This document shows, one piece after another, positions 25,121-36,759 of a stretch of 64,000 bases of DNA. The position numbers and the translations under genes were made by a program. The notes below the pieces were generated by a model, which worked only from the letters and a program-made list of their open reading frames with translations, did no database searches and had not been told where the DNA came from. Every line of letters starts with the position of its first letter. Position 1 is the stretch's first letter. This DNA comes from Octopus sinensis (taxonomy: Eukaryota), in assembly GCF_006345805.1 (NCBI RefSeq), contig NC_043006.1, positions 930,001 to 994,000 of the forward strand. Direction: 5' to 3'.

Positions 25121-27342
25121 TTGTTCAGAATGTGTCTAAGCATCTCTAGCCTCTGCCGCAATAGCTCCAGAGCCAGAGAGTCCTGTAATTTTTAGAGAAA
25201 TACATATTTTCTATTACTTCAAAAATCGATTTCATTGTATCAGTGATACAAGCAGTTTCTTTTGCATTGTCTTTTTTTAAAATTTATTTCGTGTACTCTA
25301 TGTTCAGTTTGTGTTATATATAGTACTTTCGGTGTATTTTGTAACTTATGTAGTTTTGTGGTATCTTTTGTTAACATTCTCATTGTATCAATTATAGTTT
25401 TTTTTTCTTTCTATTTTTAATGCACGAATTCTGTTATCTCTATTTCCAAATCTATTTGAATAGTTTCTTCATTTTCGTCTGTAATATATTTTCGTGCATC
25501 AGAAATGATAAGAGATATCTTAACGCAATGAACTTTGAAGAGAATACGTCGAAGATTTGTCTTAAACCCACTATCTGTATAAAGTGGTGTTCTATAGAAT
25601 CACCATTTTCCCATACCCTACAATTTTGGAGACTTACGTTTACGGTGCATTTTATATACACATGTATTTGTATTTCATAATATTCTATTATGATATTATG
25701 AGATATTACTTTCATTGCTGTGAACAACAATATAACTAGTTCCTCTATGTAGTTTCGTGTTTCGTGTCCCATGTTGGTGACTTCAGAGCCTTCATCGTTA
25801 TTGAACTCTGAACTCACGACTCATGAGACAGGAAACATACTCGTTGATTTCTCATGTAAAATATTGATTGATTATTTACTATAAATTTACCATTAGCTCC
25901 AATTCTTTTGAAATGCTTTTCTATAAAAACTACGCTGACTGCATATGATGATCTAGTTTAGTAGCACACAATTATTATATTAATATTACTCTTCGTTTCT
26001 ATGGCTCAAGGGGCATATTTAGGAGTGGTTTGATATATTTAATTAAAGAAAGAACGCATCCATTAGGAAATGCATATTTGATATTTGTTGTCATACAGAA
26101 TTTATTTCTCTTGTCTAATAGACGACTACCATATTGTATATCTGAGAACTCATTTTAACGATATTTCTATAAGTCAGATCAGTTAAGGCTGACTCGATGA
26201 AAAACAACAACAATAATAATGCTATTCATTGCATATAATCAATCAGCGTGGTAAAACTAATTCACTATATATCTTTTGAAGAGGATACATTATTGAACTC
26301 AGAGGACGAGAAATACATCAATACGCACAACCGCAATAGTAGAACTTGGAGTTCAAAAGAATGGATTTATCTGCTTTTGAAACACGTTTTCAAAACTAGG
26401 CCGGTATAAATGGTGGGGTTCAATACTGATACTTTCAGAGGTCGAGCTTAGCTTGTAACATTCTAGAAGGTTTAAATGATTTTAACTGACTGATCTTCGC
26501 CATTTACACAGTAGGCCTGTATCTAGTAATCGAAATTATTACGCACGTTCTCATTCTTGGGTTTCTTAGGAGGACGTTTTCTCAGAACCTTGCCTTATAT
26601 GGAAATGTAACAGAAGACAACCAATAATCATGTGACGACTGAAATTATTTTCAATGCTCTGATACAACCAAGTTAATTTTATCAATATCTATCAATATTT
26701 GTCAGTAAGTATTTAACAATATCTGTCTATATTCTTTTCGTAATATCTGCCAATGTTTTCTTTACAATATCTGTTTGGCAGTATCTATTAATAGATACAT
26801 TATCTGCCAATAATTGTACCTTTATATTATCAAAGTAACATTTATAATATAAAATACAATTCAACGCCCGTGAGGGAGCTGATTCTGAGATGTTGAGATT
26901 TCATAGAAATAAAAGATTTGGGAAGCTGTGAAGAAAACTGAGGAAGGGCCATGTTTGAAAGCCCCAAATTCACACCCAGTTGCAACATAGGAACTTGTCT
27001 CATTTTATGAATTATATTGATTGTGGCTTCCCAATGCAAAACATCACTGAATACTTTGGAGTCAAGGTTTTATATTCCTTTTAGTATTAGCAGAAAAGTT
27101 TTTTTCAAATTTTTTTATTCGTTCAAAAACGAAACTTGATTTCTATGTATTACGATGATTCGATCACAACACGACCATAATTACAGCACAAAACGATGCT
27201 TCGTGTATTGTTTCCATTATGCCTTGCTGATTTTGACTAAACCATTTCTTCCAAATTCTGGTTATTCTGATCTTTATATGTTTTGAAACCGTAACGACAT
27301 CAAATATATCTGAACTAAAAAGGGTTCATATTATCATAGTAA

Positions 27343-27706
27343 GCTATATATGGCAAAAGTCTTGTGAATGGATTTCATAGACGTAAACTGTAAGAAGTCC
27401 CTCCTGCGCGCGCACATACACACACACGTTTATATTTATGCATATATACGTGTGTGTGAGTGTGTGATTTTTGTGTTTGTGTTTCTCTCCCACCACAACC
27501 ACCACCACCACCACCACCACCACCATTTGATGTTCGCTGTTGGTGTGTGTACGTCTAATTAAACGAGCAGTTAGGCAAATGAAACTGATAAAATATGTAG
27601 CAGGCTTAAAATAAAACAAGTACCCAGGTCGACTTATTCGAATAAAAACTCTTAAAGGCAATGCCTCAGTATGACCACAGTCTAATGATAAAAGGAAAAG
27701 ATAAAA
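27343..27706 (+). mobile_element. SINE family A, decayed
   Basis: cttgtgaatggatttcatagacgtaaactgtaagaag...(TG)n...caggcttaaaataaaacaagtacccaggtcgacttattcga...gaccacagtctaatgat. Confidence 0.65.
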
Positions 27707-27893
27707 GAAATACATATACATATATATATATATATATACGGGGGTGTGTGATTGTGTATAGAAGAATATTTTAATAAAAGGAATTCCAGCCTTGTCTGAT
27801 TTTCACGTTTTATTTACAATCTTATAATGATATAAGATAATATAATATAATAAAATAAAATAAAATAATAGAATGTTAAATGTTCATTCTGAT

Positions 27894-27938
27894 TGAACTA
27901 GTACTTTCATGCATTAAATTCTGCAATCTTCAGGTTCA
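27894..27938 (-). ncRNA. Type I minimal hammerhead ribozyme motif (family gamma, mirror copy)
   Basis: Exact reverse complement of 28016-28060 in the left arm of the palindrome. Confidence 0.75.
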
Positions 27939-28015
27939 TGTAGTAGTGGTGACAGTCATGCTTCACAGTTTTTGACAGTCAAAAATTGTGAAGCATGACT
28001 GTCACCACTACTACA

Positions 28016-28060
28016 TGAACCTGAAGATTGCAGAATTTAATGCATGAAAGTACTAGTTCA
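28016..28060 (+). ncRNA. Type I minimal hammerhead ribozyme motif (family gamma)
   Basis: TGAAC-CTGAAGA-T-TGCA-GAATTTAA-TGCA-T-GAAA-GTAC-TA/GTTCA: stem I TGAAC:GTTCA, core CUGAAGA and GAAA, stem II TGCA:TGCA closed by U.U, palindromic stem III AGTACT, predicted cut after CUA at 28055. Confidence 0.75.
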
Positions 28061-28214
28061 ATCAGAATGAACATTTAACATTCTATTATTTTATTTTATT
28101 TTATTATATTATATTATCTTATATCATTATAAGATTGTAAATAAAACGTGAAAATCAGACAAGGCTGGAATTCCTTTTATTAAAATATTCTTCTATACAC
28201 AATCACACACCCCC

Positions 28215-28269
<55 letters not shown>

Positions 28270-28275
<6 letters not shown>

Positions 28276-28690
28276 ATAAAAGCAATTAAGATTCAAGTCA
28301 ATTCTAATGAATTTACTTGAATGCGGTACTTAACTTAGATGCACCAGAAAACTATATGGTGTTAACCATACAGTAATGTGAGGTGATTATAAACGAGAAA
28401 GAAGCAACAAGAATGGATTAGCTTTTAGTACAATTGTTTCATACAAAGACAGGCTTTATTAAAAGTTGCAAATATTGCAGCAGATGAAAGTGTCCCGTAC
28501 TCATCAGCTAAAACACATATGAGTTCTCCAAACATCTTAGTAGGTGAAATTTCAGTATAATAGGCAATTCCCTCACACCTTGTAAACTATTGACCTGTAG
28601 TCTGTCAATGTATAGATAGTAACGGCAACAATTTAAGACAGTAACAGTAATAAATAAATAAATAAATTTAAATGACCTCTTGTTAGGATT
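28270..28690 (-). mobile_element. Penelope-like pLTR-type repeat (family delta), longer copy
   Basis: Contains the minus-strand delta hammerhead. Its 3' end abuts the (TA)n at 28216-28270. 28393-28547 matches 29474-29628 in inverted orientation with ~3 mismatches. Outer boundaries are approximate. Confidence 0.6.
28423..28513 (-). ncRNA. Type I hammerhead ribozyme motif with long stem II (family delta, inverted copy)
   Basis: Reverse complement of 29508-29598 with one substitution in the stem II extension. Core, stem I and stem III are identical. Confidence 0.85.
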
Positions 28691-28959
28691 GCACTTATTT
28701 TTTTCTGTTAATGTATTTCCTTTTGATGATAGCCTTTGACCCCTCTATCCCTGACCTTGTTATCTTTTTAGATTCTCATATCTGCTTTCAGCTACGCCAG
28801 GTTGGCAATAAATAGCTGTTTATTGGTCAAAAATAATATTCTCCTTATAGTTCTTAGATTCCTGCAAATTTCGAAGCCAGCCAGGCCGTCTACAAATTCT
28901 TCTGTGTAGTTGGTCACCTGCGACCCCTTTTCCCTCTCAGTTGTCACAGTATACTCTAT

Positions 28960-29130
28960 GTGGGCGGTTTTCTTTTCTCCCTTCTTTCCCTTTTTTCTTT
29001 TTTTCTTTTTCTTTTTTCTTTTCTTCTCCCGTTTTTTCTTTTTTCTTTTCCTTTTTCTTTTTTCTTTTTTCTTTTTCTTTTTTTCCTTTTCCTTGTCTCT
29101 TTTCTTCTCTTGCCTTTCTTTTCTTTTCTT
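28960..29130. repeat. Polypyrimidine (T/C) tract
   Basis: ~170 nt almost devoid of purines on the plus strand. Confidence 0.9.
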
Positions 29131-29473
29131 TGCTCCACAAAAAATTCCTTCAGCCTTTAGAAGTCATAACATAGCAGTCTTGTGAAGAGAACAGTAATGT
29201 GACAAATACCTTATCATATAGCATGAAATTATACCTACCTCATTGTGGATTAACCATGGATAAATTCATCGTCTGTGAGTATGAAATTCCTCCTCATATC
29301 TCTGGAAATTTACATCTACACTACGGATTAATTCACCTTCTCTGTGAAGCTAATAAGCTTTTTTTCAAAACCTGTGATAAGACTGTGCATCATCATTAAA
29401 GAACTTCGGAAGTCTGTTTACAACCTAAATCTGCTTTTAATGAAATTATCTCCAATACTTCATGAGTATAGCC

Positions 29474-29628
29474 TCACCCACTAAGATGTTTGGAGAACTC
29501 ATATGTGTTTTAGCTGATGAGTACGGGACACTTTTATCTGCTGCAATATTTGCAACTTTTAATAAAGCCTGTCTTTGTATGAAACAATTGTACTAAAAAC
29601 TAATCCATTCTTGTTGCTTCTTTCTCGT
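29474..29628 (+). mobile_element. Penelope-like pLTR-type repeat (family delta), partial inverted copy
   Basis: 155-bp inverted duplicate of 28393-28547, ending in (TA)n. Confidence 0.7.
29508..29598 (+). ncRNA. Type I hammerhead ribozyme motif with long stem II (family delta)
   Basis: TTTTAG-CTGATGA-GTAC...(52 nt)...GTAT-GAAA-C-AATT-G-TA/CTAAAA: 6-bp stem I, intact core, stem II base GTAC:GTAT extended by GGGACA:TGTCTT and a TGCA-ATATT-TGCA tip, palindromic stem III ACAATTGT, predicted cut after GUA at 29592. Confidence 0.85.
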
Positions 29629-30219
29629 ATATATATATATATACACATATATATATATACATACATACTTACATAGATATATAACAACAGAACCATTAAA
29701 CAATCGTGTGGAATGCATTTCATCCGATTTTCAAACGACTCTGCAATTTTGATGAGTACATACTACACATATTGCGGACAGGATTATGAATTCGCGGGTT
29801 CGTTTCCTGCACCAGGCAATCGTTCATTTCAAGTTGTTCTAGTCTATTCACCTGAAGTGAATTTCGACGGTGAGCTATTGTAGTCTTTAGATATCGGATG
29901 TTGCACCCTGGCGATTAAGATGATGTTTAAGTCTGCTTGCAACGACATAGCGACGTGAAACCAGTACAGAATGCACGGTACATATATTATATGCAGGTAC
30001 GCGAGTGAAAAAGAAAATGTCGTCGATATGCCACGTAAATTAGCCAATTGAAATTATACTGACGCATCTTCATCTTGGTGTCAACAATGAAACAAACGTA
30101 CCAAAGGACTAATTAACTTTGGAACTTACTAATATGAGTTGCTACACTGTAAATATTGGAAAACGCATAAAAATGCTTACGTAACGAGGTTGGTGTGAGG
30201 CATAATTGCTTTTAGAACT

Positions 30220-30419
30220 GATGCACGCATTCTGGCCAGATCTCCAGTGTGTGCATGACTTGATACCATGCTGTGTTACTTCTCATTACAGTAATTCTTG
30301 AATTGTGAGTTCGCCCTCTCTTTCCTCCACGTATCTAGGAGGCCCATGAAAAGTAATAGCTGTTCCCTTGCTCACCTGACTAAACTATAGAAGCAAAACT
30401 AAACCATTATATATATATT
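30220..30419 (+). repeat. 200-bp unique-sequence direct repeat, copy 1
   Basis: Matches 31827-32026 (offset 1607) with 7 substitutions by my count. Confidence 0.9.
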
Positions 30420-30774
30420 ATAAACACAGATACAGACACACACACAACACACACACACACACATGCACACACGCACACGCAGACACACATACACACACAC
30501 AGACACACACAGACACACACATACGCGCACACAGAACGCACACACGCAAATACACACAGACACACGCACACACGCACACACCACACACATAGCACACACG
30601 ACGAGTGAACAAGCGATTGTGAACTTCATTAGCTTACAGTTTTTGTTTCCATCATAAGATGCGGTGGACTCATAATTCAGTACCTGAGTAACACCTTGCA
30701 GTTTTTTCAGAGCCTCAAACGCAAACATGACGCACACACACGCAAATAGACACACACACGCACACACATACACA

Positions 30775-30810
<36 letters not shown>

Positions 30811-31826
30811 TAATAGTAATGTTTGTTTTTATGTCGAATTATATATAAAAACAATTTAGGATTACTTAGTACATCTTAGTAGCATATTTATTTATAAACC
30901 TTTGCAAAGAAAAGGTTTTCCTTGAAAATTTCTATTTATGTATGCATATTCGTATATATATGTATGTACCTACCTACCTACATAATACATACATACATTT
31001 ATACATACATACGCACATGCACACACATATATACATACAATCAACGCATGTAGCGCAGAGAGAGAGAGAGGGGGGGTGAGAAAGTAGAGTGGGAGAGTGA
31101 GAAAAAAACTGAGAGGGATACACATAAGAAAAGGTAAAAGTCTTTTAATTATTTGATCGGAATTATTGCACAAATACAGCTAGCTTTAGGATATCTCTCA
31201 AAGACACGTTTGAATGAATGTCAATGTGAGAAAATTGGTTTACCAGAAAATCAGTTACCATATAAACCGCAGCTTTATACATGCTAATAAAATTTCAGTA
31301 CCAATAACACAACATAAGTATTTTCCATTGAATAAACATGACATTCATATATCTTGTTTAAGGAGTCAATTTGGGGACATACATTGCAAGTTTAGTTAAG
31401 CTACTAATAGCTTTATTTAGTATAAATCCTCACCAGTCTGCAGCAGGTTGTGATCATATTTATGTATCAACCAATCCCTGGTTATTATATATTACATATT
31501 ATGATCAGGATGTTATTATATACATAATGTATATATTACTATAATATTAAGCTTACTCAAAGTATTGCATTCTCTCAGTGTTTTATGATAAAATATACAC
31601 TATTATTACATTGAACTTACTTCAAAATGTTACATTGTATATATATATACTATGTACTTTCATAGCACCGAGCTTATACCAGAATGTCGCATTCCTTTTG
31701 TGTACCAATATAAAATACATATAGTATATATAGTATAGTGCATACAAAAATAGTTACCAGGTGTGATATATACAATACAGAATATTAACAATTCTAACAA
31801 AACGAACACTTAACCGAAATCCCCCA

Positions 31827-32026
31827 GATGCACGCATTCTGGTCAGATCTCCAGTGTGTGCATGACTTGATACCATGCTGTGTTACTTCCCATTACAGTA
31901 ATTCTCGAATTGTGAGTTCGCCCTCTCTTTCCTCCACATATCTAGGAGGCCCATCAAAAGTAATAGCTGCTCCCTTGCTCACCTGACTAAACAATAGAAG
32001 CAAAACTAAACCATTATATATATATT
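31827..32026 (+). repeat. 200-bp unique-sequence direct repeat, copy 2
   Basis: See 30220-30419. Confidence 0.9.
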
Positions 32027-32510
32027 CTTGTCAATTTGTACAAAAGCCATCAATATCGTATTCTGTTAATATGGCTTCTCAGAAATATTTGTTTCCCTCT
32101 CGCTCTCAAAGTAAGATGATTATACAAACATTATTTTTTTTTAATAGGCATTTAAGTATTATCACTGCCCATTTATTATAGACATGTCTCGACTGAGTGG
32201 GGTGTGTGCGTTAATGTCCGTACAGATATCAAGCTAAAGATAAACAATTGTTCAAAATCTTAAAATGTTGTTTTTAAACGAGATGCCCATAAGTACCTCT
32301 GTATTAACAAGCATTTACAAATACGTGTTTGCATACTTCTACTATATAACTACTTGCAACTTGTTTGTTTATATTGTTAGTATAGACAATAAGAAACGAG
32401 AGAGTAGCAGGTAGTGGTACCAAAATACAAGCAAAAAAGAATAAAAGTAAAACTTCCATTTGTAGGTGAAAATAAAATTAAAATAATTAAAACAAAAAAT
32501 GTTTACTCAC

Positions 32511-33576
32511 TGGTTTGTCGTGTGTAAGATATCCATTGGTTACTTGTGATACATAAAATTTGAAGAATCAGAGTAAAAAAGCTGATGGCCACGCCTACAT
32601 AACGGGTCCGTTGAAAAAGGTTGTGCTGCCAGAAACCGTTGACTATATTCCATTCGGCAACAGTTAAATGTACCTCTGTTCGCACGGGATATCGTCCCTT
32701 TTTTGACTTTTCTATTACACTATAGGTATAATATTGCTGCTGCTTGTGTCTCTTTAAGTCGTTAATGTCGTCCTCTGAAAGATAATTTTTCTCCAAGTCT
32801 GGATGTACAAACTTAAGGCACTCCTGTCGAGCTTTCTTAATGGGTGTAGTAACTCTTTCTGTGTCGACTTTCGGTTTATCTAACAGCTCTATTCGACGTC
32901 TATATGAAGCTCTGCGCTCCTCAGACCATTTCATCCATGTTGAGTTGGTCCCTGCCCCGAGGAATCTTCGAGGACTTTTTCTTGAGCCGTTTCTCGAACG
33001 AAATGAACCAATTGAAGAATGACTGCGAATAGAACTTCTCATCGAACCTCCTCGCTCCCATTCTTCTATGTGATCCCTTTGAGAATTTGCGGGAACTGTT
33101 GAAGTCATACGAGGACTGTTATCGTCAATCCTTGCCGCCTCGGCTGCGCTTTGCATAAACAAAGCATCGAAGTTGGTTTGATTTATATACATGTCTTCTT
33201 CAATTTCATTTGTCACTGGGATCTGGGCGTAATTTTTATTGCGTGTCGTGTTCTGACGTATATTAGGCTTGCGTCCAATCCGCGCTACCCCACCGATATT
33301 CGATGGTGTTGTGTCTGTGGATGTTAGTGACTTCAAATTCTTTAGCACCGATACATCGGTTGTGGAAAAGTTGGTGTCGAGATCTTTGCCGCTTAATACA
33401 CTGTCTTGAGATGAAAATCCTGATGTGATGGTTTCTCCTAAACCACTAGTCTCCGTGGAACTTTGAGCGTGCATGCCATGAAGACTAGGAGACTTATCCA
33501 TTTTCTTACCCTCAGGGGTTAAGTAATGTCGAGGGTGGCCCCGACCGTTATCATTTCCCCGACCACTGCTGTCCAT
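32511..33576 (-). CDS. First coding exon of a membrane-protein gene: ~325-aa polar/Ser-Thr-Arg-rich N-terminus, then a hydrophobic helix and W (RTRYVGVAISFFTLILQILCITSNQWISY), resembling TM1 of the claudin/PMP22/EMP tetraspan superfamily
   Basis: Only long non-repetitive ORF (357 aa in the track). It ends at a consensus donor ACCA|GTGAGTAA at 32511/32510 (phase 1; 1066 nt = 355 codons + 1). A strong polypyrimidine acceptor (tttctttttctgttttcttctcag|) lies at 33698/33697, giving a 121-nt 5' UTR part. The family assignment rests only on the TM1 + W pattern, and downstream exons were not found. Confidence 0.85.
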
Positions 33577-33697
33577 TTTAAGTAAAAAAAATCTTAAGTA
33601 AGTTAGCTGGGCTTCGAGATCGCTTTCATCAAACCGAACTAATGGAAGTTTTTCAGGGTTTTAAAGTTTTGACAGTTACAGTGTGTAATTTTCAGGG

Positions 33698-33740
33698 CTG
33701 AGAAGAAAACAGAAAAAGAAATATATGAGACATGTAAGAA
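33698..33740 (-). promoter_or_regulatory. 3' splice acceptor with polypyrimidine tract upstream of the coding exon
   Basis: Minus strand reads ...catatatttctttttctgttttcttctcag|ccctg, 121 nt upstream of the ATG at 33576. It implies an upstream non-coding exon. Confidence 0.65.
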
Positions 33741-34113
33741 AAATTAATACATTCTATTTTTTTTTCTGGTTTTGTCTTTGTTTAGTTGAAACTACAAAAC
33801 GATTATTCAGTAACAACTTTTATAGCATTCAGGACACGACGGAAATTAATGGGCAGTGTTATTTCTTAAATGTATATATATATATAGCGAGAGAGAGAAA
33901 GAGAGAGATGTAGATATATATGTGGCGTGTGTGTGTATATATGTATGTATGCATTTGTGTACGTATGTATGTATTTAGTGTATTGAAATAACGAGTAGAC
34001 ATAATGAAAGAAGTATACATACATTCAGTTATAAGCGCATACAAAGCTATATGAATACATAATCTCTGTGCATTTGCATAAAGAGAGGAGATATAAATAT
34101 ATACATAAGTATG

Positions 34114-34154
<41 letters not shown>

Positions 34155-34214
34155 TCATATATATATATGATACCTGTGTAATAGATGTCAGTGTTTATAC
34201 ATACATGCATGCAC

Positions 34215-34245
<31 letters not shown>

Positions 34246-34278
34246 AATAACTCTATATATCTAAACAGACATATATAC

Positions 34279-34332
<54 letters not shown>

Positions 34333-34618
34333 AGCTAGGTATGTCTATAATAAACTGACACACACACGCACGTACACGGGGATACGAGCATTCATTACTT
34401 TATACATACATATGTACGAGAACACATTGTTTGTATAGATTTGAAATACAATTTATGACAAAATATGAGCCAATATAGTTATTATAAATTAACAGGCAAA
34501 ATGGAACACGTGTTGCTTTTTGCTGAAGTATCTGTAAGTGTGTGTGTGGGAGCATGTGGTGATGAGGTAGTCGCGGATTAGCTTCATCGATAATAATGAC
34601 GATAATAATAATAATAAT

Positions 34619-34653
<35 letters not shown>

Positions 34654-34655
<2 letters not shown>

Positions 34656-34976
34656 TTCTCTAGAACAACACTATATACAAAACCAAATATATGTCACCCA
34701 AATATATGGCACACCAACATGAACTTCCAACTTGTTGTCTCTTGAGGTCTGTGGGTGAGACTTAGAACAACTTGTACAAATGTAAAGCAAAAGTCAAACA
34801 TAATATAATAATAATATTTTTTTTTAGACATTCACTTGTACAACACCAAAAAAAACAACCAAATATATGGCACACTAGGTATAACAACAACGTGAACTTC
34901 CAACCTGTTGTCTCTTGAGGTCTCTGGGTGAGACTTGGAGCCAACTTGTACAAACATAAAGCAAAAGTCAAACATA

Positions 34977-35024
<48 letters not shown>
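34654..35024 (+). mobile_element. Two tandem 3'-UTR-type retroelement ends, each ending in an (AAT)n tail
   Basis: ccaaatatatggcacac...gaacttccaac(t/c)tgttgtctcttgaggtct(g/c)tgggtgagactt...cttgtacaaa...aaagcaaaagtcaaacat(AAT)n occurs at 34654-34817 and 34824-35024. LINE origin is inferred from the tail structure. Confidence 0.7.
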
Positions 35025-35773
<749 letters not shown>

Positions 35774-35798
35774 ATTTTCTTTCCTCTCCACCACTTTA

Positions 35799-36078
35799 TT
35801 TTATTCTTTTATTCTTTGACTTGTTTCAGTTATTTGACTGCAGCCATGCTGGAGCAGCGCCTTTGGTCGAGCTAAACGCCGCCAGGACTTATTCTCTGTA
35901 AGCCTAGTACTTATTCTATTGGTCTCTTTCGCCAAACCGCTAGGGCACGGGGACATAAACACAACAGCATCGGTTGTCAAGTGATGCTGGAGGGACAAAC
36001 ACACACACAAACACATACACACACATACATGCATATATATATATATATTATATATATATATATGTATATATATATATG

Positions 36079-36134
<56 letters not shown>

Positions 36135-36141
36135 TATATGT

Positions 36142-36175
<34 letters not shown>

Positions 36176-36197
36176 ATGTATATATATATGTATATAT

Positions 36198-36240
<43 letters not shown>

Positions 36241-36243
36241 TAT

Positions 36244-36277
<34 letters not shown>

Positions 36278-36324
36278 CACGACGGTCTTTCAGTTTGCGT
36301 CTAACAAATCCACTCACAAGGCTC
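35799..36324 (-). mobile_element. SINE family A, 5'-truncated, with an expanded (TA)n core
   Basis: Tail at 35799-36000, ~250-bp TA array, then cgacgg..tttcagtttgcgtctaacaaatccactcacaagg. Confidence 0.85.
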
Positions 36325-36389
36325 AGTAGTGCAGGCAGTGAGAGTACATGATAAAAATAAGAGTAGTGAGTAATAATAGTCATAATCAT

Positions 36390-36567
36390 AAACCTTTTCT
36401 TCTTTAGGCGTGAAATTTTAGGCTGGTACTTATTCTACCATTATTATTGACCTAGAAAACATGAAAGGCGAAGTCGACCTCGGCGGAATTTGAACTCTGA
36501 ACAGAAAGCTGGAAGAAATATCGTTAAACGTTTTATCTGACACGCTAAAGACTCTGCCATCTCCCCC
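36390..36567 (-). mobile_element. SINE family B, decayed
   Basis: ctggtacttatt...atgaaaggcgaagtcgacctcggcggaatttgaactc...gctaaagactctgcca. Confidence 0.75.
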
Positions 36568-36759
36568 ATGCTGCTGTTGCTGTTGCTGCAACCACTGCTG
36601 CTACTTCACATGAAAACAATGGTATAAGTGATATCAGTGATGATGATAATAATAATAATGAAAGAAAAAGGGTGGAGCCTCCTTATGGGCTAATAAAGCT
36701 ACATATAGTGATAGTGTCACAATCAAAACACTGGTAATTGCGCCACCTGATAATCGCTA

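Larger units (their letters stand above)
27739..28215. mobile_element. 477-bp near-perfect palindrome of two head-to-head copies of a hammerhead-bearing (Penelope-like pLTR-type) repeat, flanked by (TA)n
   Basis: 27739-27976 is the reverse complement of 27978-28215 around a 1-nt spacer (A27977). I saw one mismatch (cacaGttttt vs cacaAttttt). Each arm contains a hammerhead motif. Confidence 0.9.

Noticed and set aside
26934-26975. CTGAGGA-AGGGCCATGTTT-GAAA
   Set aside because: Weak stem II and no NUH/stem I complement.
28700-28960. Minus-strand open stretch (...VTNYTEEFVDGLAGFEICRNL...)
   Set aside because: No polypyrimidine acceptor (upstream is purine-rich), wrong phase for the known donor, and no recognisable motif.
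30220-32026. Possible LTR/TRIM element bounded by the 200-bp direct repeats
   Set aside because: No TG...CA ends, PBS, PPT or TSD, and the interior is ordinary microsatellite-rich DNA.
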